Below are positions 13,117-21,991 of a DNA stretch of 51,092 bases, in pieces. The DNA is from an uncultured Parabacteroides sp. GTDB lineage: Bacteria; Bacteroidota; Bacteroidia; Bacteroidales; Tannerellaceae. The notes under the pieces are model-generated. The model was not told the DNA's origin, searched no databases, and saw nothing but the letters and a program-made list of their open reading frames with translations. The DNA lies in NCBI GenBank assembly GCA_947036995.1, contig CAMQTD010000001.1, positions 1-51,092 of the forward strand, in the 5' to 3' direction. The stretch's first letter is position 1, and each line of letters begins with the position of its first letter. A program made the translations under genes and the position numbers.

Positions 13117-16100
13117 ATGTTGAAATTAGTTAGACCTGTGGGTCTGATCCTACTTTCTGGTGCGCTATGTTCTACCATGAATATAAACGCTGCAGGTAAT
13201 AAACCTGCTAACAGCACTAGTATCTCGCAACAAAAAACAAAATTAACAGGTAACGTTTTAGACGTTTTTGGTCCTGTTACTGGAGCATCAGTCTTAATTA
13301 AAGGTACTACAAATGGTACTATTACAGACTTAGATGGTAATTTTACACTCGACGTAGCCAATGGCGAAACGGTTGTAATCTCTTTTATCGGTTACGTAAC
13401 GCAAGAGATCGTAATCAAAGGCCAAACAACGCTTGCTATTAACTTAGCGGAAGATTCTCAAGCGCTAGACGAATTAGTTGTTACCGCTTTAGGTATGAAA
13501 CGTTCAGAAAAAGCTTTAGGTTATTCTGTTACAGAACTAAAAGGCGACGAGTTAAACACAAACGCGATCAACCCGATTTCAGCTCTTCAAGGAAAAGTAG
13601 CTGGTGTTGAGATTTCAGGATCTGACGGTGGTATGTTCGGTGCTAGCAAAATTCAAATCCGTGGTGCTTCTACATTGAGTGGTAACAACCAACCTATTTA
13701 TGTAGTAGACGGTGTAATTTTGAGCAACGACATCTCTGAACAAAAAGACAGTGATTACGAAACTAATGCTAGTGATTATGGTAATGAGTTGAAAAACTTA
13801 AACCCAGACGACTTCCAATCAATCTCTGTACTTAAAGGTGCTGCTGCGACAGCTCTTTATGGATCTAGAGGTTTAAATGGTGCCGTAGTTATTACAACCA
13901 AAGGTGGTGGTAGTTTCACTGGATTTGGTGTATCTGTATCTCAAACATTTGGTGTAGATCACGTATACGCTACAGCAGATCGTCAAATGACTTATGGACA
14001 AGGTACATTAGCTGGTGACATCTCTTATGGTGAGCAAAACAGCGATGGTAGCTTTAAGAAATGGGATACGAATCAATTCTTTTTAAGAAATGGTAGTCCA
14101 TCTGTTATTGGTGCTGATGCTATGCATTGGGGACCTCGCTACGATGGTAGAGCAATCGAGAACTATGATGGTTCTATGACAAACTATTCTCCAATCGAAG
14201 ATAACTACAAAGATGCCTATCAATTAGGACTAAACAGCAATACAAACGTATCTGTTAGAGGAGGTAACGAAAAAACAAACTACTATACATCTCTTTCATA
14301 TAAAAAAGCAAAAGGTGTTGTTGAGTTTAACGATTTTGAGCGTTACTCTATGTTACTTAAAGGATCACACAAAATAAGTAGCCGTGTAGATGTTAGTGCT
14401 TCGATCAACTTTGCGAATTCAAGCCCAAGAAATGCACAGCGCAATATTGGTGATGGATTCAACAGTGGAACATACTCTACAATGTACGACACAAATTATT
14501 TCCGTAACAAGTATACAGGAGATAAACATGGTGGTACAGCAAGTAGTGACTATGGTGATAAATATGCGAATGTACCAGGTAAAGACAACTGGTTTCAGTT
14601 AGATAACTATGACTATACAAGAAGTGAAACTGTAGTTCGCCCTACGATCGAAGTAAATGTAAAAATTCTTGACTGGTTACGTTTTCGTGCAGAAGGAAAT
14701 ATGAACTACTACTTTGAAAACTACGAAAGCAAACAGCTTGGTAGTGGGTATGCTAACGACGGTGGTTATTATTCTATGGGACAGAATAACAGAAGACAGA
14801 GTACAGTGGCTGGAACATTCACGTTTAACAAAGCTGTTAAAGATTTTAACTTCGGTGGATTTTTCCGTAGTGAGTATTATACAACATCTGCGACTAAACA
14901 GTATTCAGAAACCAGTGGTGGATTAATCGTTCCTGGACAATACTTCTTAGAAAACAGTAAAGACCCGCTTAAAACATCAGCATACGTACATGGTACAAAA
15001 CAGATGGTTGCTGTAGTTGCTGCTGCAAATATTTCGTGGAAAAATCAAGTATTCTTAGATATTACAGCACGTAACGACTGGTCGTCAAGTTTAGTTTATA
15101 CAAACGGAACTGGTAACTACTCATACTTCTACCCATCAGTAGGTGGATCTTGGTTGATCAACGAAACTTTTGATCTTCCAGCCTGGATTACATTGGCTAA
15201 AGTACGTGGTTCTTGGGCTCAAGTAGGTAACGATGCTGATCCATATTCGATCTATTCAGGATACTCCGTTGGTTCTATTATTCAAGGAGATGAAAATATC
15301 TACATCAATGGTATACCTTCTAAATTATTTGATGCAAACCTAAAACCTGAACGTAAAAACGCATGGGAAGTTGGTATTGACTGGCGTGTACTAAATGGTC
15401 GCATCGGACTTGATGCTACTTATTACAAAGAAAACACGAGAGATCAGATTATGAACATTGCTATCCCAAGTGTATCAGGTGTAGATCAACAATTAATCAA
15501 TGCTGGTAACATCCAAAACTCAGGTATAGAAATTGCGTTGAATGCAATCCCTTTCCAAAATAAAGATTGGGAATGGACAGTAGATCTTACATATACTAAA
15601 AACGATAATAAAATTATCAGCCTTCACCCCAACGTTGCAAACTATATTGCACTACAAGGTGATGTAGCTTATGGTAACTACCGTGTAGGTTCGGTTGCTA
15701 TGGTAGGTGGTGATTATGGTATGTTGATGTCTGACGCAATGCCAAAGCGCAACGAAGATGGCGAAGTAATACTTAATTGGAGAGATGATTACCGTGCAGC
15801 TTATGCAGCAAGATCTGGTGAAGCAGAAGAGATTGGTAGTTTGACACCTGATTTCTTAGGTTCGTTCTCGACAGGTCTTAAGTGGAAAGATTTAACTCTT
15901 CGTGTTGGTTTAGATATGCGTATGGGTGGTTTAGTTGCTTCTTATAGCAACAGATATGGTACTGCTTATGGTATCACATCAGAATCAATGAAATATCGTG
16001 ATGCTGAAAATGGTGGAATGTCTTGGACTTCTGGCTACGCAGACTCAAATAATATGGAGTTTAATGATGGTATGATTCCACAAGGTGTATTTGCTGACGG

Positions 16101-16509
16101 AACAGTTGTTACAGGTGTAGACGGAACAAAACACAGTGTAGGTGGACAAAGCTACCAAAGTTTAGTAGACAAAGGTATCCTTGAACCACAACATGCATCT
16201 TCTCACCACTTCTGGACTAACCAGTGGAGCACAGGTACTGTTAATGATGGTTGGGTTAGTGAGTTAAACTACATCGCATTGCGTGAAGTTACATTGCATT
16301 ATAACTTACCAAAAACTTTCACATCTAAATTAGGTGCTAAACGTATGGGATTGGCTTTCAGTGCACGTAACTTAGGTTATTTGTATAACTCATTGCCTAA
16401 TAATTTGAACCCAGAGAGTATTCGTGGTAACAATGCTGCCGAATTCCGTGAGCGTTCAAATAGTCCGTATACAGCAAGCTATATGCTTACCGTTAATTTA
16501 GATTTTTAA
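13117..16509 (+). CDS. susC: SusC/RagA family TonB-dependent outer-membrane transporter
   Basis: 1130 aa. It has an N-terminal carboxypeptidase-regulatory-like domain (GNVLDVFGPVTGASVLIKGTTNGTITDLDGNFTL) and plug motifs (VVTALGMKRSEKALGYS), ends in an aromatic residue (F), and is followed by susD. Confidence 0.95.
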   Translation: MLKLVRPVGLILLSGALCSTMNINAAGNKPANSTSISQQKTKLTGNVLDVFGPVTGASVLIKGTTNGTITDLDGNFTLDVANGETVVISFIGYVTQEIVIKGQTTLAINLAEDSQALDELVVTALGMKRSEKALGYSVTELKGDELNTNAINPISALQGKVAGVEISGSDGGMFGASKIQIRGASTLSGNNQPIYVVDGVILSNDISEQKDSDYETNASDYGNELKNLNPDDFQSISVLKGAAATALYGSRGLNGAVVITTKGGGSFTGFGVSVSQTFGVDHVYATADRQMTYGQGTLAGDISYGEQNSDGSFKKWDTNQFFLRNGSPSVIGADAMHWGPRYDGRAIENYDGSMTNYSPIEDNYKDAYQLGLNSNTNVSVRGGNEKTNYYTSLSYKKAKGVVEFNDFERYSMLLKGSHKISSRVDVSASINFANSSPRNAQRNIGDGFNSGTYSTMYDTNYFRNKYTGDKHGGTASSDYGDKYANVPGKDNWFQLDNYDYTRSETVVRPTIEVNVKILDWLRFRAEGNMNYYFENYESKQLGSGYANDGGYYSMGQNNRRQSTVAGTFTFNKAVKDFNFGGFFRSEYYTTSATKQYSETSGGLIVPGQYFLENSKDPLKTSAYVHGTKQMVAVVAAANISWKNQVFLDITARNDWSSSLVYTNGTGNYSYFYPSVGGSWLINETFDLPAWITLAKVRGSWAQVGNDADPYSIYSGYSVGSIIQGDENIYINGIPSKLFDANLKPERKNAWEVGIDWRVLNGRIGLDATYYKENTRDQIMNIAIPSVSGVDQQLINAGNIQNSGIEIALNAIPFQNKDWEWTVDLTYTKNDNKIISLHPNVANYIALQGDVAYGNYRVGSVAMVGGDYGMLMSDAMPKRNEDGEVILNWRDDYRAAYAARSGEAEEIGSLTPDFLGSFSTGLKWKDLTLRVGLDMRMGGLVASYSNRYGTAYGITSESMKYRDAENGGMSWTSGYADSNNMEFNDGMIPQGVFADGTVVTGVDGTKHSVGGQSYQSLVDKGILEPQHASSHHFWTNQWSTGTVNDGWVSELNYIALREVTLHYNLPKTFTSKLGAKRMGLAFSARNLGYLYNSLPNNLNPESIRGNNAAEFRERSNSPYTASYMLTVNLDF

Positions 16510-16541
16510 TTAAATAGCTACTTACTAAACAAATTAAAAAA

Positions 16542-18455
16542 ATGAAATTAAAATCATTCATAACAGCTGCATTTGTTGGCACAACACTTTTGACAGGTTG
16601 TGCAGACCAATTCGCAGATACAAATAAAAAGCCATCTGTAGTTAACGATCCAGATATTCGTTTTTTATTTACAAAAGCATTGTCTGAATTTGAAGCATCA
16701 AAATATCAACATTGGTTTTACAATAACAACAAGTATTATCTACCTTGGGCGCAAGCTACCGTTACTAACGGGGGAAATCTAAAATCGCTTAACCTTATGG
16801 GTGAAGTTGAAAGTCAAGCTGCACAAGTAATCAAAGTAAAAGTGATTACTGAAGAGATTGAGGATATTCTTGCCAATAAATATGACGAAAACAAATCAGC
16901 AACATACGAAAATATTCGTGTGTTAGGTAATGTTCTTAATGTGTATCTAGGTATTTTTGGTACTGATATGTATGGATCTATGCCGTATACTGAAGCAGCA
17001 AAGGCGTTGGTTACAAATCCTCCAATCCTTACTCCAAAATACGATTCTCAAGAGGAATTGTTTACTACTTGGTTAAACCAATTAGACGAAACAATCTCTA
17101 TCTTAGGCGAAAATAGAAGTGCGCAAGTAGCTTTAGATAGTCAAGATTTTATCTACAAAGGTGACATCAAGAAATGGGCTAAACTTGCCAATTCATTAAA
17201 ACTTAGAATTGCTGTACGTATGCTTCACGTAGACAAAGCGGGTGCTTTGGCTATTGCAAAAGAAGTTACAGATAGTCCTGCTGGTGTAATGGAGTCTATC
17301 GCGGACGATTTTATCTATAATAAAGGTAGTCAAGATTACCACTTTTGGGATAATATTACAACGGGATATGGTTCTGAAGGCTTAATCAATCTATTGGTAG
17401 CAAACAAAGATCCACGTGTACGTGCTGTCTTTGCTAAAAATGATTTCAATGCGACTGTTGTCCAAACTTATTTGAACGAAGGAAAAGCTATTCCTGAATA
17501 CATTAACAAATATATTAAGACAAAAGAAGTTGATGGTAAAAAAGTATTCAACGGTTGGGAAGCTCCAGGTGAGCCTTGGGTAAGATATCATGGTGCTCCT
17601 GTTAGCGTAACTGCTAGAGAGAATGCGGGTATTGACTCGACATACTTTAACGAGAATTTCTTTAAAATCAAAATTGGTGATAGCGAAAAATCATACCAAC
17701 CATTGGCTCTTTTCAATCAAGAGATGATTCGTGGTAGCATTATTTTTACCTATCCAAATACACCAGGCGACCCTGTTATTCAAGACAAAAGAAAAGCTCC
17801 ATGGCATGGTTTATACATGTCTGCTGCCGAAGTTCAATTTTATTTAGCTGAACTTAAATTAATGGGTGCTACATTACCTAAAACTGCTGATGCATATTTT
17901 ACGGATGGTATCAGTTTGTCTGTAGAAGCACACGACAATTTAGCTAAATTGAATAAGATTCCATATTATGACAACCTATTACACGATGCATTAGCTTATG
18001 ATGTAACAGATGCAGCAGGTAATGTTATCAAAAAAGGAACTCCTATTGAACAATCAATTGCACTGAAAAATGGCGAATTAGACGCTCTTCTTCAACAAGA
18101 AATGTGCAAGCTTACAGGCTCAAATGCAGAACAATTAGAGAAGGTATATATTCAACAATATATTAACTTCCTACTTCAACCAAATGAGTTATTTGCAATG
18201 TCTCGCCGTTCGGGTATCCCGAAAGTGGATAGTAACATACTTCCTCTTGTACCTTTTGCAGCAGAAACATATGCTATACCAAGACGTTTTAAAATTGATA
18301 CACCAACTCAATCTGACTTGATGTATATAATCAAAAAGACTGCTTACGAAGAACAAGGCTATACGCTTAGTACTGATAATCCAGAAGTTCTAAACAAAGA
18401 ACGTGTATGGTACGATATGCTAGCGCCAAACTTTGGTGAAGGTCCAAAACTTTAA
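16542..18455 (+). CDS. susD: SusD/RagB family nutrient-binding outer-membrane lipoprotein
   Basis: Lipobox LLTGC. It lies immediately downstream of susC, and its size and TPR-like helical composition are typical of the family. Confidence 0.9.
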   Translation: MKLKSFITAAFVGTTLLTGCADQFADTNKKPSVVNDPDIRFLFTKALSEFEASKYQHWFYNNNKYYLPWAQATVTNGGNLKSLNLMGEVESQAAQVIKVKVITEEIEDILANKYDENKSATYENIRVLGNVLNVYLGIFGTDMYGSMPYTEAAKALVTNPPILTPKYDSQEELFTTWLNQLDETISILGENRSAQVALDSQDFIYKGDIKKWAKLANSLKLRIAVRMLHVDKAGALAIAKEVTDSPAGVMESIADDFIYNKGSQDYHFWDNITTGYGSEGLINLLVANKDPRVRAVFAKNDFNATVVQTYLNEGKAIPEYINKYIKTKEVDGKKVFNGWEAPGEPWVRYHGAPVSVTARENAGIDSTYFNENFFKIKIGDSEKSYQPLALFNQEMIRGSIIFTYPNTPGDPVIQDKRKAPWHGLYMSAAEVQFYLAELKLMGATLPKTADAYFTDGISLSVEAHDNLAKLNKIPYYDNLLHDALAYDVTDAAGNVIKKGTPIEQSIALKNGELDALLQQEMCKLTGSNAEQLEKVYIQQYINFLLQPNELFAMSRRSGIPKVDSNILPLVPFAAETYAIPRRFKIDTPTQSDLMYIIKKTAYEEQGYTLSTDNPEVLNKERVWYDMLAPNFGEGPKL

Positions 18456-18480
18456 TTAAGGACAAACCTAGATATAAAAA

Positions 18481-18514
18481 GGGTGGAGAAACATTTAGTT
18501 TCTCCACCCTTTTT
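18481..18514 (+). terminator. Intrinsic terminator of susCD
   Basis: Stem GGGTGGAGAAAC (18481-18492) / GTTTCTCCACCC (18498-18509), followed by TTTTT. Confidence 0.9.
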
Positions 18515-18644
18515 CGTATGTTTTCAAAATGAATATCTAACTATTTTATGCAAGACGTAAGCACGGAGATATTTACATGGCATAAGCATAGTTACAGTAC
18601 AAATTCGAACAAAGAAAGTCCCCATAAGGTTTAAATCACTACTA

Positions 18645-18876
18645 ATCCTTCACCTATATCTACCTTATATATAAACACTTGTGGTGAAGGACGGATTTAT
18701 AACACCTATTATGCGTACCTTCACCTCAGTAACAATTCCATCTACGTTTTGGACGATTTTACCATTGCTTAAAAACAGCATTTAACCCACAAGAAATAGA
18801 TAGAGCCGAAAACAGGGGCTTTAGAAACATCGTTCACCACAACTAACTATACATCAAATAAATACGGGTGAAGGAT
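18645..18876. repeat. Four copies of an 8-mer in alternating orientation: CCTTCACC (18647-18654, 18718-18725) and GGTGAAGG (18683-18690, 18867-18874)
   Basis: Read directly. The outer pair extends to a perfect 10-mer, ATCCTTCACC (18645-18654) / GGTGAAGGAT (18867-18876). TGTGGTGAA (18680-18688) also pairs with TTCACCACA (18833-18841). Confidence 0.75.
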
Positions 18877-18962
18877 AAAATGCAATTTAACCTCATTGGT
18901 GCTGTTATTGTATTCTTTTATTTTAGAAAATGATTCATTTACAGCACAGTGTGTTATCTCGG

Positions 18963-19066
18963 AATTCCCTACTGTCTACCGACAAATAGCCACCGTCTAT
19001 CACCCCAAATACTACTAGGTATGGGGTGTTAGACGGTGGCTATTTGTTAGAAGACAGTAGGGAATT
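18963..19066. repeat. Long imperfect inverted repeat (45-nt arms, 14-nt loop)
   Basis: Left arm 18963-19007 and right arm 19022-19066 are complementary at 41 of 45 positions by hand alignment. Confidence 0.85.
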
Positions 19067-19110
19067 TATAAATTCTATAATCTCTATAATCTCCCGCATA
19101 CTTTTTATGC

Positions 19111-19172
19111 AAAAGCCGCAATGTTTTGAAGTAAAAACATTACGGCTTTTAGTTCAAAACATTGCGGCTTTT
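19111..19172 (-). terminator. fmt operon terminator with a duplicated arm
   Basis: AAAAGCCGCAATGTTTT (19111-19127) is complementary to AAAACATTACGGCTTTT (19134-19150, one G-U) and to AAAACATTGCGGCTTTT (19156-19172, perfect). On the minus strand the last arm ends in a U-run, about 55 nt past the fmt stop. Confidence 0.7.
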
Positions 19173-19224
19173 GGGAGAAAACATGGCAGGTATTCTACAC
19201 AAATACGCGCCAATTAGTTCAATC

Positions 19225-20196
19225 TTATTTTACAATATAATCTGTGGATAATTTAAATCCATTCAAAAAGGCATCAATCGGCATGCGTTTCTTACCTGGC
19301 ATTTGAATAGATAACAGGCTAATAAATCCATCGCTTACTGCCACCTCAACAAATGATTTCGCATCTGTTTGAATCGTTCCAATAGGCAGGTTATGCGCTT
19401 CTATTCTTTTTGTTGTTTGATATACTTTTAATACAGAAACAGCCCCATCTGGAGCAACTAACTCTGTCCATGCAGCAGGATAGGGAGATAAGCCACGCAC
19501 AAAGTTATACACAACCGCAGCGGACTGACTCCACTGAATGCGACATGTATCTTTAAATATCTTAGGCGCTGCTCTTAGTTCTGTAGGGTCGTTGTAAAAC
19601 GACTCTTGTGGAATAGCTTCTACAGCATCAGCAAGAATCAAATCTACCGTCTGTGTAACTAACTTTCCTCCTAAAAGCATCATAGCATCGTGTACTGTAG
19701 CTACATCATCCGTATCAGCAATTGGCAAACGCTCTTGAAGGATAATCTTTCCTGTATCAATTTCGTGCGTTAAAAAGAAGGTGGTAGCACCTGTCTCTGT
19801 ATCACCATTCATTACTGCCCAGTTAATTGGAGCAGCTCCACGGTATTGCGGAAGCAGTGATCCATGTAGGTTGAATGTTCCCAAACGAGGCATATCCCAC
19901 ACAACGGCTGGAAGCATGCGGAATGCAACTACGATTTGAAGATCGGCATTCAATGCCTTTAGGTCGGCAAGGAAAGATTCATCTTTCAACTTTTCGGGCT
20001 GAAGTAGTGGTATCTGCTGATCTAGTGCATACTGTTTTACGGGTGAAAATTGGATTTTATGCCCTCTACCAGCTGGTTTGTCGGGCATGGTAATCACACC
20101 GACCACTTGATAGCCTCCTTCTACTAAAGCACGTAGGCTCTCCACAGCAAAGTCGGGAGTTCCCATATATATAATACGTAAATCTTCTTTATTCAT
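19225..20196 (-). CDS. fmt: Methionyl-tRNA formyltransferase
   Basis: IYMGTPDFAV at the N-terminus and the formyltransferase motif NLHGSLLPQYRGAAPI. Length is 323 aa. Confidence 0.95.
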   Translation of the reverse strand: MNKEDLRIIYMGTPDFAVESLRALVEGGYQVVGVITMPDKPAGRGHKIQFSPVKQYALDQQIPLLQPEKLKDESFLADLKALNADLQIVVAFRMLPAVVWDMPRLGTFNLHGSLLPQYRGAAPINWAVMNGDTETGATTFFLTHEIDTGKIILQERLPIADTDDVATVHDAMMLLGGKLVTQTVDLILADAVEAIPQESFYNDPTELRAAPKIFKDTCRIQWSQSAAVVYNFVRGLSPYPAAWTELVAPDGAVSVLKVYQTTKRIEAHNLPIGTIQTDAKSFVEVAVSDGFISLLSIQMPGKKRMPIDAFLNGFKLSTDYIVK

Positions 20197-20202
20197 CTCT
20201 GT

Positions 20203-21987
20203 TTATTCTGCTGAAAAGTTTTCTACTAATACCTCGCGGTATGAATTAAAAATTTTGGATTTAGAAACAAATCCGATGTAATGTCCTTTATCATCTACAA
20301 CGGGTAGATTCCAAGCTTTTGTATCATCAAAAACCTGCATCATCTTCTCCATTGGCATGTCTACTTGTATCTTAGCTGGTGCCGATACCATAAACTTAGA
20401 AACCTGAAAGCGCTCATATAGTTCTGGACGGAACATAATATTTCGAATATTATCTAACAATACAATGCCTAAAAACACGCCTTTGTCATCGACTACAGGA
20501 AATGCATTACGCCCCGATCGTGCAATCACTTGAACCAAATCGCCTAAAGACATATCCGGTGTTACGGTCTCAAAATCTTTCTCTATTACTGTATCTAATT
20601 TAAGCAGTGTTAATACGGCTTTATCTTTATGGTGTGTTAAAAGCTCTCCTTTTTGCGCCAAACGCATGGAGTAGATACTGTGCGGTTCGAACATTTTGAT
20701 CGTAATATAAGAACTAACAGATACAATCATCAGCGGTAGAAACAGATCATATCCTCCCGTAAGCTCGGCAATCAAGAACACACCCGTTAGTGGTGCGTGC
20801 ATAACGCCCGACATGAGTCCTGCCATACCCAAGAGGGCAAAGTTTTTCTCTGACAAATACATTGTAAATGAAAAATAGTTCGATGTATGTGCAAATACAA
20901 ATCCTGAAATAGATCCCAAAAACAAACTTGGAGCAAAAATACCACCACAACCACCACCTGCATTGGTAGCACTTGTAGCAAAAACTTTAGCTAAGAGAAT
21001 AAAAACCATAAAGATTAAGATACCCCAGTAACCATCGCTCCAACGGTAAAACGGACTCGTATTCATTAAATGGATAAAACTACCATCGAGGAGTGAAGTA
21101 ATCGTATCGTACCCCTCTCCATAGAGTGGAGGCATCAAAAACAAAAATATACTTAACATCGTTCCTCCTAAAAGGAACTTCTTCCAATAAACGCCCAAGC
21201 CACGATAAACGCCCTCTATACGGTTCATCACACGTGTGAAGTAAAGAGAGACTAATCCACAAAAGACTCCCAATAATAGCACATAAGGGATGCGTTCGAT
21301 CGCAAAGTCTTCGGTTTGTGAAAACATAAACATTGCTTGCGTTCCTGTAAAAACATATGCCATCGTTGCAGCCGTAACTGAAGATATAAGCAGTGGTAAT
21401 ACTGATGTCATGGTTAAATCGAGCAGCAGTACCTCAATTACAAAAACCAATCCTGCAATCGGGGCTTTAAAAATTCCTGCAATTGCTCCAGCAGCTCCAC
21501 AGCCAACTAAAAGCATCAATGTCTTTTGTTCCATCCGAAAGATACGCCCAAGGTTTGATCCAATGGCTGCACCTGTCAATACAATAGGTGCCTCTGCTCC
21601 TACTGATCCTCCGAAACCAATCGTAACCGAACTTGCTACAATAGACGACCAAGCGTTATGAGGTTTGATCCGACTCTTACGTTGCGAGATGGCATATAAT
21701 ATTTTGGTTACTCCATGACTAATATCGTCTCTAACAATATATTTAACAAATAGCCCTGCCAAAAGAATACCTATAACGGGATAAAGCAGTAATACGTAAT
21801 TGGCATTATCCACAGCTAAATCTGCTGTTAGAAGATTTTGAATCCAGTGAATAATCGTCTTTAATATCATCGCAGCAATTGCTGTACAGATACCTACAAG
21901 AAAACTTATAAACAAAATAAAGGTACTCTCCTTAATATGTTTCTCTCGCCACAATAAAAATTTAAAAAACAGATCGCCTCCTATCAT
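20203..21987 (-). CDS. ClC-family voltage-gated chloride channel/antiporter with two C-terminal CBS domains
   Basis: It has multiple TM helices, the ClC selectivity motifs GSVGAEAP and GIFAPSLFLG, and a C-terminal CBS pair. Confidence 0.9.
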   Translation of the reverse strand: MIGGDLFFKFLLWREKHIKESTFILFISFLVGICTAIAAMILKTIIHWIQNLLTADLAVDNANYVLLLYPVIGILLAGLFVKYIVRDDISHGVTKILYAISQRKSRIKPHNAWSSIVASSVTIGFGGSVGAEAPIVLTGAAIGSNLGRIFRMEQKTLMLLVGCGAAGAIAGIFKAPIAGLVFVIEVLLLDLTMTSVLPLLISSVTAATMAYVFTGTQAMFMFSQTEDFAIERIPYVLLLGVFCGLVSLYFTRVMNRIEGVYRGLGVYWKKFLLGGTMLSIFLFLMPPLYGEGYDTITSLLDGSFIHLMNTSPFYRWSDGYWGILIFMVFILLAKVFATSATNAGGGCGGIFAPSLFLGSISGFVFAHTSNYFSFTMYLSEKNFALLGMAGLMSGVMHAPLTGVFLIAELTGGYDLFLPLMIVSVSSYITIKMFEPHSIYSMRLAQKGELLTHHKDKAVLTLLKLDTVIEKDFETVTPDMSLGDLVQVIARSGRNAFPVVDDKGVFLGIVLLDNIRNIMFRPELYERFQVSKFMVSAPAKIQVDMPMEKMMQVFDDTKAWNLPVVDDKGHYIGFVSKSKIFNSYREVLVENFSAE

Positions 21988-21991
21988 AATA

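Noticed and set aside
13098-13361. 87-aa minus-strand ORF across the susC start
   Set aside because: It is antisense to the well-supported SusC N-terminus, so it is a shadow ORF.
18645-18876. Idea that the 10-bp inverted repeats ATCCTTCACC/GGTGAAGGAT flank a Bacteroides-type invertible promoter
   Set aside because: There is no TAnnTTTG box in either orientation inside the 212-bp segment, no recombinase gene nearby, and the repeats are shorter than typical invertible-promoter repeats. It is kept only as one option under the repeat finding.
19026-19217. 63-aa GTG-initiated plus-strand ORF in the susD/fmt gap
   Set aside because: It starts inside the right arm of the 45-nt-arm hairpin and runs through the fmt terminator repeats. 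Its sequence is dictated by those structures, and it has no start context or motifs.
21290-21661. 123-aa plus-strand ORF and several 60-70-aa ORFs inside the ClC gene
   Set aside because: They are antisense or alternative frames of a well-supported membrane protein gene and have no independent signals.
20203-21987. ClC protein as a fluoride exporter with an upstream fluoride riboswitch
   Set aside because: The protein is a long ClC with two CBS domains, not the short ClC-F type. It starts 4 nt after tsaC with no leader in which a riboswitch could sit.
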